From contig JBDRNO010000094.1 of assembly GCA_043811005.1 (NCBI GenBank), positions 319 to 64,318 of the forward strand: DNA of 64,000 bases, in the 5' to 3' direction. Under the pieces are notes generated by a model, which was not told where the DNA came from, did no database searches, and worked only from the letters and a program-made list of their open reading frames with translations. The translations under genes and the position numbers were made by a program. This DNA is from Bacteroidota bacterium (GTDB lineage Bacteria; Bacteroidota; Bacteroidia; NORP154). This document shows positions 29,977-38,605 of this stretch, in pieces; the first letter of the stretch is position 1; every line of letters begins with the position of its first letter.

Positions 29977-30747
29977 TTGACAGACTCAAAATTTTCACAT
30001 AACCATTTACTAAGCATAGCGGGATTAGACCCGTCTGCAGGGGCGGGAATTCTTGCTGATGTCAAAACCTTTGAAACACACCGTCTTTATGGATTTGTGG
30101 TATGCACCGGCTTAACCTTTCAAAATGATGTTGATTTTTACGATATTAAATGGATAGATGTTAAGGATATTATCAGGCAAACAGATGTTCTTTATGAAAG
30201 GTTTACGATTGATTGGATAAAGATCGGATTGATCGAGAACTTAGAGGTTCTGGAAGAAATCATCAATTATTTAAAATCCCGTAACCCTAAAGTGAAAATA
30301 ATCTGGGACCCAATATTAAAAGCAAGTGCCGGCTTTATTTTTCATGATCAACCGGACAGGAAGAAACTATTGAACATTTGTAAAAAGTTGTACTTGATCA
30401 CACCCAATTCCCGGGAAATAAAAACCATGTTTCCAGAAATGGAAGAACAAAAGGCGGGAGAATATTTAAGCCGGTTCTGCAGCGTCTTTTTAAAAAGCTG
30501 GAAAACCGAAAACCGTGAAGTCATAGATATATTATATAATGGTAAAGAAAAGGTTCATTTATTTGGCAAAATGATTAATACAGATAAGCACGGAACCGGA
30601 TGCATTTTCTCCTCCGCTGTTCTCGCTAACCTGGCACAAGGGAAGTCACTTTTGAAATCATGCCAAAATGCAAAATCATACGTGAGCAAATTCCGGGCAA
30701 GCGATAAGGGGAAATTAGGATTTCACTATTATGACCATGTTACATAA
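29977..30747 (+). CDS. thiD: Hydroxymethylpyrimidine/phosphomethylpyrimidine kinase
   Basis: LSIAGLDPSAGAGILADVKTF, ITPN and KHGTGC are ribokinase-family ThiD motifs. It uses a TTG start. Confidence 0.85.
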   Translation: MTDSKFSHNHLLSIAGLDPSAGAGILADVKTFETHRLYGFVVCTGLTFQNDVDFYDIKWIDVKDIIRQTDVLYERFTIDWIKIGLIENLEVLEEIINYLKSRNPKVKIIWDPILKASAGFIFHDQPDRKKLLNICKKLYLITPNSREIKTMFPEMEEQKAGEYLSRFCSVFLKSWKTENREVIDILYNGKEKVHLFGKMINTDKHGTGCIFSSAVLANLAQGKSLLKSCQNAKSYVSKFRASDKGKLGFHYYDHVT

Positions 30748-31435
30748 TAACTACTTGAACGTGAATGTGAGTGTGAAATGTAGAAAAAATATAGTGAGTA
30801 AATTCCGAAACAATAACATATCAAAATTCCACTATATTACACAAGATGTTACAGGATTAACCCATGCTGAATTAGCAGAGCTGGCATGCAGGGGAGGTGC
30901 GGACTGGGTGCAGTTAAGGGTTAAGGATAAAAATTATGATGATTGGAAAAAAATTACAATTGAAACCCGGAAAATATGTAAATCTTATAATGCCACATTT
31001 ATTATTAATGATAATGTTGAATTAGCCGGAGAAATTCAAGCAGATGGTGTTCATCTGGGAAAAGAGGATATGCATCCGGCAAAAGCAAGGGAGATTTTAG
31101 GAGATAGTTATATTATTGGCGCAACAGCCAACACTTTTGAGGATATTCAAAATCTTACGGTTTTAAAAATTGATTACATTGGATTAGGACCTTTCAGACA
31201 TACAGTAACCAAAAAAAATATAAACAAAATCATTGGTATTGAGGGATTCAGACAAATATTGAACAATTGCCGGGCGTCAGGTATTACGATACCTGTTATC
31301 GCGATTGGGGGGATTAATACTGAAGATATCACTGATTTATTAAAAACCGGGATTTACGGTGTTGCTGTTTCTTCAGCAATTAACTTAGCTGAAGATAAAA
31401 CAAAAGTAACAGAATTGTTATTAAAACGATTGTAA
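30731..31435 (+). CDS. thiE: Thiamine-phosphate synthase
   Basis: VQLRVKD, IINDNVELA...ADGVHLGKEDM, GLGPFR.T.TK and AIGGI are ThiE motifs. The exact start is uncertain, and it overlaps thiD by 17 nt. Confidence 0.85.
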   Translation: MTMLHNNYLNVNVSVKCRKNIVSKFRNNNISKFHYITQDVTGLTHAELAELACRGGADWVQLRVKDKNYDDWKKITIETRKICKSYNATFIINDNVELAGEIQADGVHLGKEDMHPAKAREILGDSYIIGATANTFEDIQNLTVLKIDYIGLGPFRHTVTKKNINKIIGIEGFRQILNNCRASGITIPVIAIGGINTEDITDLLKTGIYGVAVSSAINLAEDKTKVTELLLKRL

Positions 31436-31622
31436 CTAATCAGTTTATTGAGAGATGGTTGTATGGATCGTTATACTACAAAATTGTTATGTTGCTAAAC
31501 TGTTCGATTGTTCGACTGTTGAATGGTTTGTTTTAACAATCGAGCCATTGAGCAATTGAACAATGAATAAATAAGTGTCTGACTGAATAATTACTAATTT
31601 CAATGAGACGCTGATTAGTAAC
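31432..31622. repeat. Palindromic ~190-bp element between thiE and thiG
   Basis: Outer inverted repeat gtaactaatcag (31432-31443) / ctgattagtaac (31611-31622), 11/12 match. Inner inverted repeat gttcgactgttgaatgg / ccattgagcaattgaac. The left arm overlaps the thiE stop codon (31433-31435). Confidence 0.55.
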
Positions 31623-31661
31623 AAACGATTAACTATTAATGTTTAACAATTAACTTTTTTT

Positions 31662-32468
31662 ATGGAACAATTAATAATAGCAGACAAAACATTCAACTCC
31701 CGTTTATTAACCGGAACAGGAAAATTCAGTTCCAACGAATTGATGGAAGAAGCATTGCTTGCATCCGGAACAGAGTTGGTAACCGTTGCTTTAAAACGTG
31801 TAAATCTTAACCTTCCTAAATTAAACCCTCAGGGCTTCAAAAACCCTGAGGGTTTGCATGATGATATTTTACAGCATTTAGACCATCCCCGGTTTAATTT
31901 GCTTCCTAATACTTCTGGTGTTAGAACCGCCAAAGAAGCTGTTTTTGCCGCTCAAATGGCTCGTGAGGCATTGGAAACCAATTGGTTGAAACTGGAAATT
32001 CATCCAGACCCGAAATATTTACTGCCCGACCCTATTGAAACATTAAAAGCGGCAGAAGAATTGGTAAAGCTGGGCTTCGTTGTTCTACCATACACTCATG
32101 CCGATCCTGTTCTATGTAAACGGCTGGAAGAAGCTGGTACGGCTGCGGTTATGCCATTAGGGTCTCCGATTGGCAGCAATAAAGGATTACAGATGAAAGA
32201 TATGCTGGAAATAATAATTGAGCAAAGTAATGTACCGGTAATAGTGGATGCAGGCATAGGCAGTCCTTCGGATGCGGCAAAGGCAATGGAAATGGGGGCG
32301 GATGCCGTTCTTGTTAATACAGCTATCGCTGTTTCTTCCAACCCGGCGAAAATGGCTATAGCATTTAAAATGGCTGTTGAAGCCGGTAGAATGGCTTATG
32401 AAGCGAAATTGGGGAGAACCTCTGTTAAAGCAGTAGCAACAAGCCCGTTGACTGCATTTTTGGATTAA
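31662..32468 (+). CDS. thiG: Thiazole synthase with an in-frame hairpin insert
   Basis: Collinear with E. coli ThiG as I recall it ([79 protein letters not shown]), except for about 13 extra residues. Confidence 0.95.
   Translation: MEQLIIADKTFNSRLLTGTGKFSSNELMEEALLASGTELVTVALKRVNLNLPKLNPQGFKNPEGLHDDILQHLDHPRFNLLPNTSGVRTAKEAVFAAQMAREALETNWLKLEIHPDPKYLLPDPIETLKAAEELVKLGFVVLPYTHADPVLCKRLEEAGTAAVMPLGSPIGSNKGLQMKDMLEIIIEQSNVPVIVDAGIGSPSDAAKAMEMGADAVLVNTAIAVSSNPAKMAIAFKMAVEAGRMAYEAKLGRTSVKAVATSPLTAFLD
31823..31855. repeat. Perfect 12-bp-stem hairpin, in frame inside thiG
   Basis: AAACCCTCAGGG (31823-31834), loop cttcaaaaa, CCCTGAGGGTTT (31844-31855). It encodes [13 protein letters not shown]. 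Confidence 0.85.
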
Positions 32469-32651
32469 TAAAAAAATAATTGTATGTGACCTTAGTTAGA
32501 AAGATTATTATATGCAACACAGAGATTCTCAAAGAAGGATATACATTAAAAAACAGTGGATTAAACACAATTTGCCTGTTAATAAATATTGTTTCATTTC
32601 AAACCAAAAACCAGATTTTTCATATCTAAATCAATTACACTTTGTTGAATA

Positions 32652-33782
32652 ATGACATTCAAAAAATTATATGATACTTATTCCTGGGATGAAGTTGGGC
32701 AAAGCATCTATTCCAAAACTTCTTCTGATGTTGAGATTGCTTTATGCAGGGCAAAAGCGGGATCTCGTAAACCTGCTTTTTGCCTCGAAGACTTTAAGGC
32801 ATTGATATCCCCTGCAGCAGCTCCTTTTCTTGAAGAAATGGCAGAATTAAGCCTGCAAATGACACAAAAACGATTTGGCAAGACAGTGCAAATGTACATT
32901 CCCCTGTACCTATCCAATGAATGTCAAAATATATGCACCTACTGCGGTTATAGTTTCAACAACAATATTAAACGGATAACACTTACTGATGAACAAATTT
33001 TAGAAGAAGTGCAAGCCATTAAATCGCATGGCTTTGACCACATCTTGCTGGTTACAGGAGAAGCATATAAAATCGTTGGAATTGAGTATTTTAAAAATGT
33101 CCTGAAACTTGTAAGACACTATTTTTCTCATCTATCCATGGAAATTCAACCATTGGACAAGGAAGATTATGAACAGTTGATATCTCTTGGATTAAATACT
33201 GTATATATTTACCAGGAAACATATAATAAATCCGGGTATAAAACCTATCATCTCAAAGGCAGAAAATCAAATTTTTATTCCCGTCTGGAAACACCTGACC
33301 GGTTGGGCAGTGCAGGTATATATAAGATCGGTTTGGGTTGCCTGATAGGATTGGAAGATTGGAGAACAGACGCATTTTTCACTACGTTACACCTCAATTA
33401 TCTCGAAAAGAAATACTGGAAGACAAAGTATTCTATCTCTTTTCCAAGATTAAGACCGGCAGAAGGCGCGATGCAACCAAGGATTGTAATTAGTGATAAA
33501 GAGCTTGTCCAGTTAATTTGTGCTTACCGGATCCTTAATGAAGAAGTCGAGCTGACATTGTCAACACGTGAATCGGTGAATTTCAGAGACAATGTTATCA
33601 AGTTAGGTATTACATCCGTCAGTGCCGGCTCAAAGACATACCCGGGTGGTTATACAAAAGGACGGCAAACGTTGGAGCAATTTGAAATTTCTGATCAAAG
33701 AACTCCACACGAAATTGTTGAGATGATCAAATCACGTGGATATGAAGCTGTATGGAAAGATTGGGATGCGGTGATGGGATGA
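32652..33782 (+). CDS. thiH: 2-iminoacetate synthase (radical SAM tyrosine lyase)
   Basis: Radical SAM CxxxCxxC (CQNICTYCGY) and collinearity with ThiH (SPAA..., FG, ...). thi operon context. Confidence 0.9.
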   Translation: MTFKKLYDTYSWDEVGQSIYSKTSSDVEIALCRAKAGSRKPAFCLEDFKALISPAAAPFLEEMAELSLQMTQKRFGKTVQMYIPLYLSNECQNICTYCGYSFNNNIKRITLTDEQILEEVQAIKSHGFDHILLVTGEAYKIVGIEYFKNVLKLVRHYFSHLSMEIQPLDKEDYEQLISLGLNTVYIYQETYNKSGYKTYHLKGRKSNFYSRLETPDRLGSAGIYKIGLGCLIGLEDWRTDAFFTTLHLNYLEKKYWKTKYSISFPRLRPAEGAMQPRIVISDKELVQLICAYRILNEEVELTLSTRESVNFRDNVIKLGITSVSAGSKTYPGGYTKGRQTLEQFEISDQRTPHEIVEMIKSRGYEAVWKDWDAVMG

Positions 33783-33847
33783 AAGATTCATCACATTACA
33801 TTAATGAGTAAGGTTAATAATAATGAAAACCTAACCTGCATAAAGCA

Positions 33848-34047
33848 GTTTTTAGTTTTTGGTTTGTTAGTTATAGTTGAATGGTTTTTAGTTTTGGTTT
33901 GAAAGTTATTTCGTTTCCCGCACATTTAAGCAACCTCGCGAGAATGTTTTACTAAAACAAGTAATCAGGCAATGGAACAAAACCAATAACTAAAAAACTA
34001 AAACAAGTAACAAGATAACCATAACTCTAAACCAATAAACTAAAAAC
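33848..34047. mobile_element. MITE-like 200-bp element between thiH and thiF
   Basis: 31-bp terminal arms gtttttagtttttggtttgttagttatagtt (33848-33878) and aaccataactctaaaccaataaactaaaaac (34017-34047). 24/31 match ungapped as an inverted repeat. Confidence 0.55.
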
Positions 34048-34056
34048 ATTGGTAAC

Positions 34057-34081
34057 AGAGACGCCCAATTTGGGCGTCTCT
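34057..34081. repeat. Perfect GC-rich hairpin agagacgccc-aattt-gggcgtctct
   Basis: 10-12 bp perfect stem within the thiH-thiF spacer. No T-run follows. Confidence 0.6.
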
Positions 34082-34161
34082 ACTTTACGAAAGGTCAGGA
34101 TGTCTGAAATTATTGATCCCAACAAATTTGTTGGAAATAAGTTCATTTTAAAGATTATAAC

Positions 34162-35292
34162 ATGCTTTCCAAAGAAGAATTAAAACGATATTCCCGCCAC
34201 ATCATTATCCCTGAGATCGGATTGAAAGGCCAGGAGAAATTGAAACAGGCAAAGGTACTGGTGATAGGTGCAGGTGGGTTGGGTTGTCCTGTGTTACAAT
34301 ACCTGACAGCTGCGGGGGTCGGAAATATTGGAATTGTTGATTTTGATGTTGTTGATGAAAGTAACCTGCACAGGCAGATATTATTTGATACAAATGATAT
34401 AGGAAAATCCAAAGTTGAAGTAGCAAAACAAAAGCTAATAGCTCAAAACCCCTATATGAAATTTGATGTCATTAATTCAAAGCTGACCAAAAACAATGCC
34501 CTTGACATCATTAAGGATTATCATATTGTTGTTGACGGCTCTGATAATTTCCCAACCAGGTATTTGATAAATGATGCCTGTATGATATTGGGTAAGCCGC
34601 TTGTTTTTGGCTCTATCTATAAATTTGAGGGACAGGTGTCGGTATTTAATTACAAAGGAGGCCCTACCTACCGCTGCCTGTTTCCACAACCACCAAAATC
34701 ACAGGATGCTCCAAGTTGCTCGGAGATAGGTGTTTTAGGCGTTTTGCCCGGTATAACCGGCTGTTTTCAGGCAAACGAGGTTATCAAGATCATCACAGGT
34801 ATTGGCAAACCTCTTTCCGGGAAATTGCTGGTTATTGATGCCTTATCCCTTAATACAAACATTATAGAATTTTCACGTATTGAGGGAAATTGTAATATTA
34901 AAGAATTAATTGACTATGAATATTTTTGTGGGGTTGACGATATATCTCATTCTGATGAGAAGGAAAAGAGAGGGGTAAAAGGGATCACCGTTTCGGAACT
35001 AAAAAAAAGATTAGATAACAATGAGGATTTACAGATCATTGATGTAAGGAAAGAATTTGAATATAATATATGCAACCTTGGAGGCGAACTAATACCCCTT
35101 GGCAATATTTTGAATGATTTTGACAGGATATTAAAAGATAAGCCCGTGATAGTTGTATGTCATCACGGAAACAGAAGCGCTAAAGCCATTAAGATATTAA
35201 CTGAAAAAACCGGTTTTGACAACCTGTTGAATTTGACAGGAGGTGTTCATGCATGGGCTGAGGAGATTGATCAAAGTATGGCTAAATATTAA
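34162..35292 (+). CDS. thiF: ThiF/MoeB-type adenylyltransferase with C-terminal rhodanese domain
   Basis: RYSRHI, nucleotide loop GAGGLG, the CxxC pair region, and a rhodanese active-site loop CHHGNRS. Confidence 0.88.
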   Translation: MLSKEELKRYSRHIIIPEIGLKGQEKLKQAKVLVIGAGGLGCPVLQYLTAAGVGNIGIVDFDVVDESNLHRQILFDTNDIGKSKVEVAKQKLIAQNPYMKFDVINSKLTKNNALDIIKDYHIVVDGSDNFPTRYLINDACMILGKPLVFGSIYKFEGQVSVFNYKGGPTYRCLFPQPPKSQDAPSCSEIGVLGVLPGITGCFQANEVIKIITGIGKPLSGKLLVIDALSLNTNIIEFSRIEGNCNIKELIDYEYFCGVDDISHSDEKEKRGVKGITVSELKKRLDNNEDLQIIDVRKEFEYNICNLGGELIPLGNILNDFDRILKDKPVIVVCHHGNRSAKAIKILTEKTGFDNLLNLTGGVHAWAEEIDQSMAKY

Positions 35293-35471
35293 TGCCGATA
35301 ATTCATAAGCTGGCGTAGCCAAAACCAAAAAGGGTCCTCTTAAATTGGGAAGGGGGATAAATGAAAAACGACCCTCACCCCACGTCCCTTATTTAATTTT
35401 AAAGTATCAGATAAATTTCTTTCCCAAACATAACCAAAATTCAACTGAATGGCCTTGCACCTGTCGAATAA

Positions 35472-35676
35472 TAATTAACGCAAGTTGCTACCTATCACTT
35501 TTCATTTGGTAAGATATATAATTGCAAATAAGAAACTGTTGCTGGTAAAATCCTTATAAAACAAGGGTTGTCGACATAAACCAGCAGCCAGTTACCAGCA
35601 GCCAGTAGCTGTATATAATTTTAATAAGGAGATGACTTCCACATCAGTTTTTATAGGTAGCAACTTAAGTTAATTA
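35472..35676. mobile_element. Complete 205-bp MITE with 24-bp terminal inverted repeats
   Basis: TAATTAACGCAAGTTGCTACCTAT (35472-35495) versus the reverse complement of ATAGGTAGCAACTTAAGTTAATTA (35653-35676), 22/24 match. No ORF. Related copies lie at 19866 and 29848. Confidence 0.7.
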
Positions 35677-36078
35677 TTCAATTATCGTACATTTCTCAGA
35701 TAGTGAAGCTTGTAAATCTTTTCTGCCGTCAAGCCCTTTTATGAGTGCGTGTGAAAATAATGGGTCATCAGGATCGTTACTAAGTGGGTTATGTTCGGTT
35801 GTAAGTCCTAAATTCGTACACTGCTTTGAAGTTACAAAGATGGCCAGATGTGTAACAGCATTAAACAAAAAATTCAAAGATTTTACTAATTCCATTATAT
35901 TTACAGAAAGACCATCTTTATCTTTAACAGGATGGGGTCTGAATGCAAAACGTGCTACTACTTTTTTCCCGTTTGGTAGTGTTTTTATAAATTCCATTGC
36001 ATCATCAGCATAGGGAGGTAGTTTTACTCTCCTAAGTAATTTGTCGTAAGGAAGAATCTTATAGGCAGTAGAATGCAT
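35674..36078 (-). CDS. Hypothetical 134-aa protein, third gene of the HEPN-like operon
   Basis: Its ATG (36076-36078) abuts the stop of the upstream ORF. It has a FAFRPHPVKDKDGLSVN motif and I recognise no family. Confidence 0.6.
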   Translation of the reverse strand: MHSTAYKILPYDKLLRRVKLPPYADDAMEFIKTLPNGKKVVARFAFRPHPVKDKDGLSVNIMELVKSLNFLFNAVTHLAIFVTSKQCTNLGLTTEHNPLSNDPDDPLFSHALIKGLDGRKDLQASLSEKCTIIE

Positions 36079-36570
36079 TTAGGAAAGCAAATCGTTTTTT
36101 AATTCTTGGATATTATTCTTGTCGTAATTATATTCTGAAGCTTTATTTTCTTTACCGCTATATTTTGTCAAAAAAACAGAACCAACAGCTGAAGCCTCAA
36201 TATCTGCTTTAATTATTTCACCATCTATTTCAAACTGTATTCCGCCTTTAAAAGCAGGAAATATGTGAATAGCAATATTTTTTTCAATCAAATTCATTTC
36301 TTCAAATACATTTATTAAAATACGCCCGGTATCAATCGATTTTTGCGAAGTTGCCATTGCATTTTCATTGTCCCAATTTGCAGTGAGTTTGCCAATTTTA
36401 CTTAATTTATAGTACAGCGTAGTGTATTTGTTTATTCCTATCGCATTTAAACTGTAGGGTAAAATAGTAATCACTTTTTTATCAATTGGCATTCTATTAT
36501 TAATAGCTCTTAAAGCTTTCTTATTATCTCCATAGGCAACACTAGGTTCATTTACTGTCCAACTACTCAT
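36079..36570 (-). CDS. Hypothetical 163-aa protein, second gene of the HEPN-like operon
   Basis: Its start overlaps the upstream stop by 4 nt (ATGA at 36567-36570). I recognise no family. Confidence 0.6.
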   Translation of the reverse strand: MSSWTVNEPSVAYGDNKKALRAINNRMPIDKKVITILPYSLNAIGINKYTTLYYKLSKIGKLTANWDNENAMATSQKSIDTGRILINVFEEMNLIEKNIAIHIFPAFKGGIQFEIDGEIIKADIEASAVGSVFLTKYSGKENKASEYNYDKNNIQELKNDLLS

Positions 36571-38477
36571 AGTTCTTTAGATTTAAATTTATACGATGAT
36601 ATTTTAAGAATGATTGAAAGTAAAATTATAACATTGTCAATGCCGTATTCATTTGCATCCATCAAACCATGAGCAACTCTGTGTCGTATATTTCTTCCTG
36701 CTTTGTGTGTTAAAACAAATTTAATAAATTTTCGATGCTCTTCAGAAAAGCCGGTAAAATTTCCTTCTCTGTGTTCTAAATCCCTTAGCAGTTCATCAAT
36801 GTTTTTTTCCTGTTTAATTTGATGAGAAACTTTTGTGCCGTCTGAAAGTATATTTATTTTCTTCCTGTCTTTAAATGTTGGAATTTCAATCACAGAACAC
36901 ATAAATCTGAGTAGGTGTTCTATCTTGGTTGTTAAGGAATCAGTCGCACATATGAAGTTTGGATTCTTTTCTTGTTTCCATTCTCCTAATTCATCAAAGA
37001 ATGATTTTATGCCTGGTGTAATCACTTCTAAAGGACAGATTTCAAAAGGATGTCCATTATACAAAATGGTGTATGTTTTTGCTAACCAACTTTCTTTTAA
37101 AAAATTTATTATTTCTTCATAACTAATTTTTCCAGTTTTAAAAGCCTCGATAAAAAAATAAACAAGATTTTGTGTTCCTATTTGAAAGTTAAATCCATAC
37201 GCCTGCCAAAAATTAAACTGTTTTTTTTCTTCATCTTCAGTAAATACATCAACCGTATTTCCATATTTATCAATGATACTAGTCGGGAATAAACGAGCAA
37301 TTGCACTCGCTTTATAAAATTCCTCAGCCATTTTATTTATATGCTCCAAAGATGAAAACATTGGTGCTAAACAAAGTATTTCAACGAGTTCCCTGCTATT
37401 TTTTTCTTCAATTTCTTTTTTAATTAATGCTGTAATTCTATTATTTTCTTCATCAGGTAGATTTTGTCTTATCTCACCCAACCTAAACATCCTCCTGACC
37501 TCATCATATTTTTTGGAGAGTTTTTCAACTTTTGCTTTATTCTTTAATTTCTTATAAATCTCTAATGCACTTTCAACGAAAGTGACTGCTGCTAGATTAC
37601 CTGTTTCAATGGCGGGTATTACCATTGCTTCAAATTGTTTTGCTTTGAAGTCAAGCCAATTATACTTTTTATCTCCTATTGCATCTGCTAATCTTTTTGA
37701 TGTGTCACAAATGTAGATAGCACCCCAATTATATGACTTGGAAATTTCTTTTGCAGCACGATAATTTTGGTCCAGATATTTTTTTAATGGAGTTTTGTAT
37801 TTAAGAAAAGTGCTTTTATATTTAATTGCAAAATCTGTAAGGTCAATGATTGAACGCAAAGTACTTTTATGTGAAATATCCCAATTGTTGTGTACATCAG
37901 ATGTAAAGAGAATTAACTCTTGAAATAAATTCTGTATTTCTTTATCCCTCTTTCTATTATTGGCAATATGAAAAGCATTTGTTAATACTGAGTTGAAATA
38001 AAGAATATAATGCTCTTTATCATTTTTTGGCACTGATTTTTTATAATATCTATGCGATAAATCCAAAAGATCTTTAAGAAGCTTTGCGACATCTTTGTTA
38101 TTTTTTAGGTTATTGGAATAATAGAGCACCAATCCATATTCTGTTCTTGCAAATAAATTCTTGCAAATGTCAAAGCGTTTTCGGATATGTTTGAAATCGC
38201 CATTTTCCCATTCTTCAATATTTGGCCATTCAAAGGGGATTTCCGAACCATCCTCCAATTCTTTTGTTCCTGCAATTTTATGCGAAAGCCCTTTTTCAGG
38301 AGATTTGCTAAAAGCAAATACCTGTCGTTCCATTTCGGAGTTTCGTAATAATCCTTTTTCCCGTGCTGTTTCCAACTTGCCATTGACTTCCTGAAATGCT
38401 TTATTAATCAGATCATTCTGTTTAATGTCCCAGTTGCTTTCATCAATCCGTTTATGTAGTTGTTCTAAAAAATTCAC
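36567..38477 (-). CDS. Large helical protein with a C-terminal HEPN-like (DUF4209/Abi_2-type) R-x4-H motif
   Basis: 636 aa with a GTG start. The C-terminal ...KAGRNIRHRVAHGLMD... has R598-HRVA-H603, encoded at 36669-36686. No P-loop or other catalytic motif was seen. Confidence 0.6.
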   Translation of the reverse strand: MNFLEQLHKRIDESNWDIKQNDLINKAFQEVNGKLETAREKGLLRNSEMERQVFAFSKSPEKGLSHKIAGTKELEDGSEIPFEWPNIEEWENGDFKHIRKRFDICKNLFARTEYGLVLYYSNNLKNNKDVAKLLKDLLDLSHRYYKKSVPKNDKEHYILYFNSVLTNAFHIANNRKRDKEIQNLFQELILFTSDVHNNWDISHKSTLRSIIDLTDFAIKYKSTFLKYKTPLKKYLDQNYRAAKEISKSYNWGAIYICDTSKRLADAIGDKKYNWLDFKAKQFEAMVIPAIETGNLAAVTFVESALEIYKKLKNKAKVEKLSKKYDEVRRMFRLGEIRQNLPDEENNRITALIKKEIEEKNSRELVEILCLAPMFSSLEHINKMAEEFYKASAIARLFPTSIIDKYGNTVDVFTEDEEKKQFNFWQAYGFNFQIGTQNLVYFFIEAFKTGKISYEEIINFLKESWLAKTYTILYNGHPFEICPLEVITPGIKSFFDELGEWKQEKNPNFICATDSLTTKIEHLLRFMCSVIEIPTFKDRKKINILSDGTKVSHQIKQEKNIDELLRDLEHREGNFTGFSEEHRKFIKFVLTHKAGRNIRHRVAHGLMDANEYGIDNVIILLSIILKISSYKFKSKEL

Positions 38478-38523
38478 CTTTTTTAGTTATATTTTGGACC
38501 AGATTCAATTTATAACCTTGTTA

Positions 38524-38531
38524 CAAATATA
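38524..38531 (-). promoter_or_regulatory. -7 promoter box (TATATTTG on the minus strand) for the three-gene operon
   Basis: The plus strand reads caaatata, which fits TAnnTTTG on the minus strand. It lies about 47 nt upstream of the GTG at 38477. Confidence 0.4.
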
Positions 38532-38605
38532 TAAGTTTTTATCCGAATCTCATTTGAAAAAAATTTTGCTGGAAAAACAAAATTTTGCTTGGTAATAGTA
38601 TAAAA

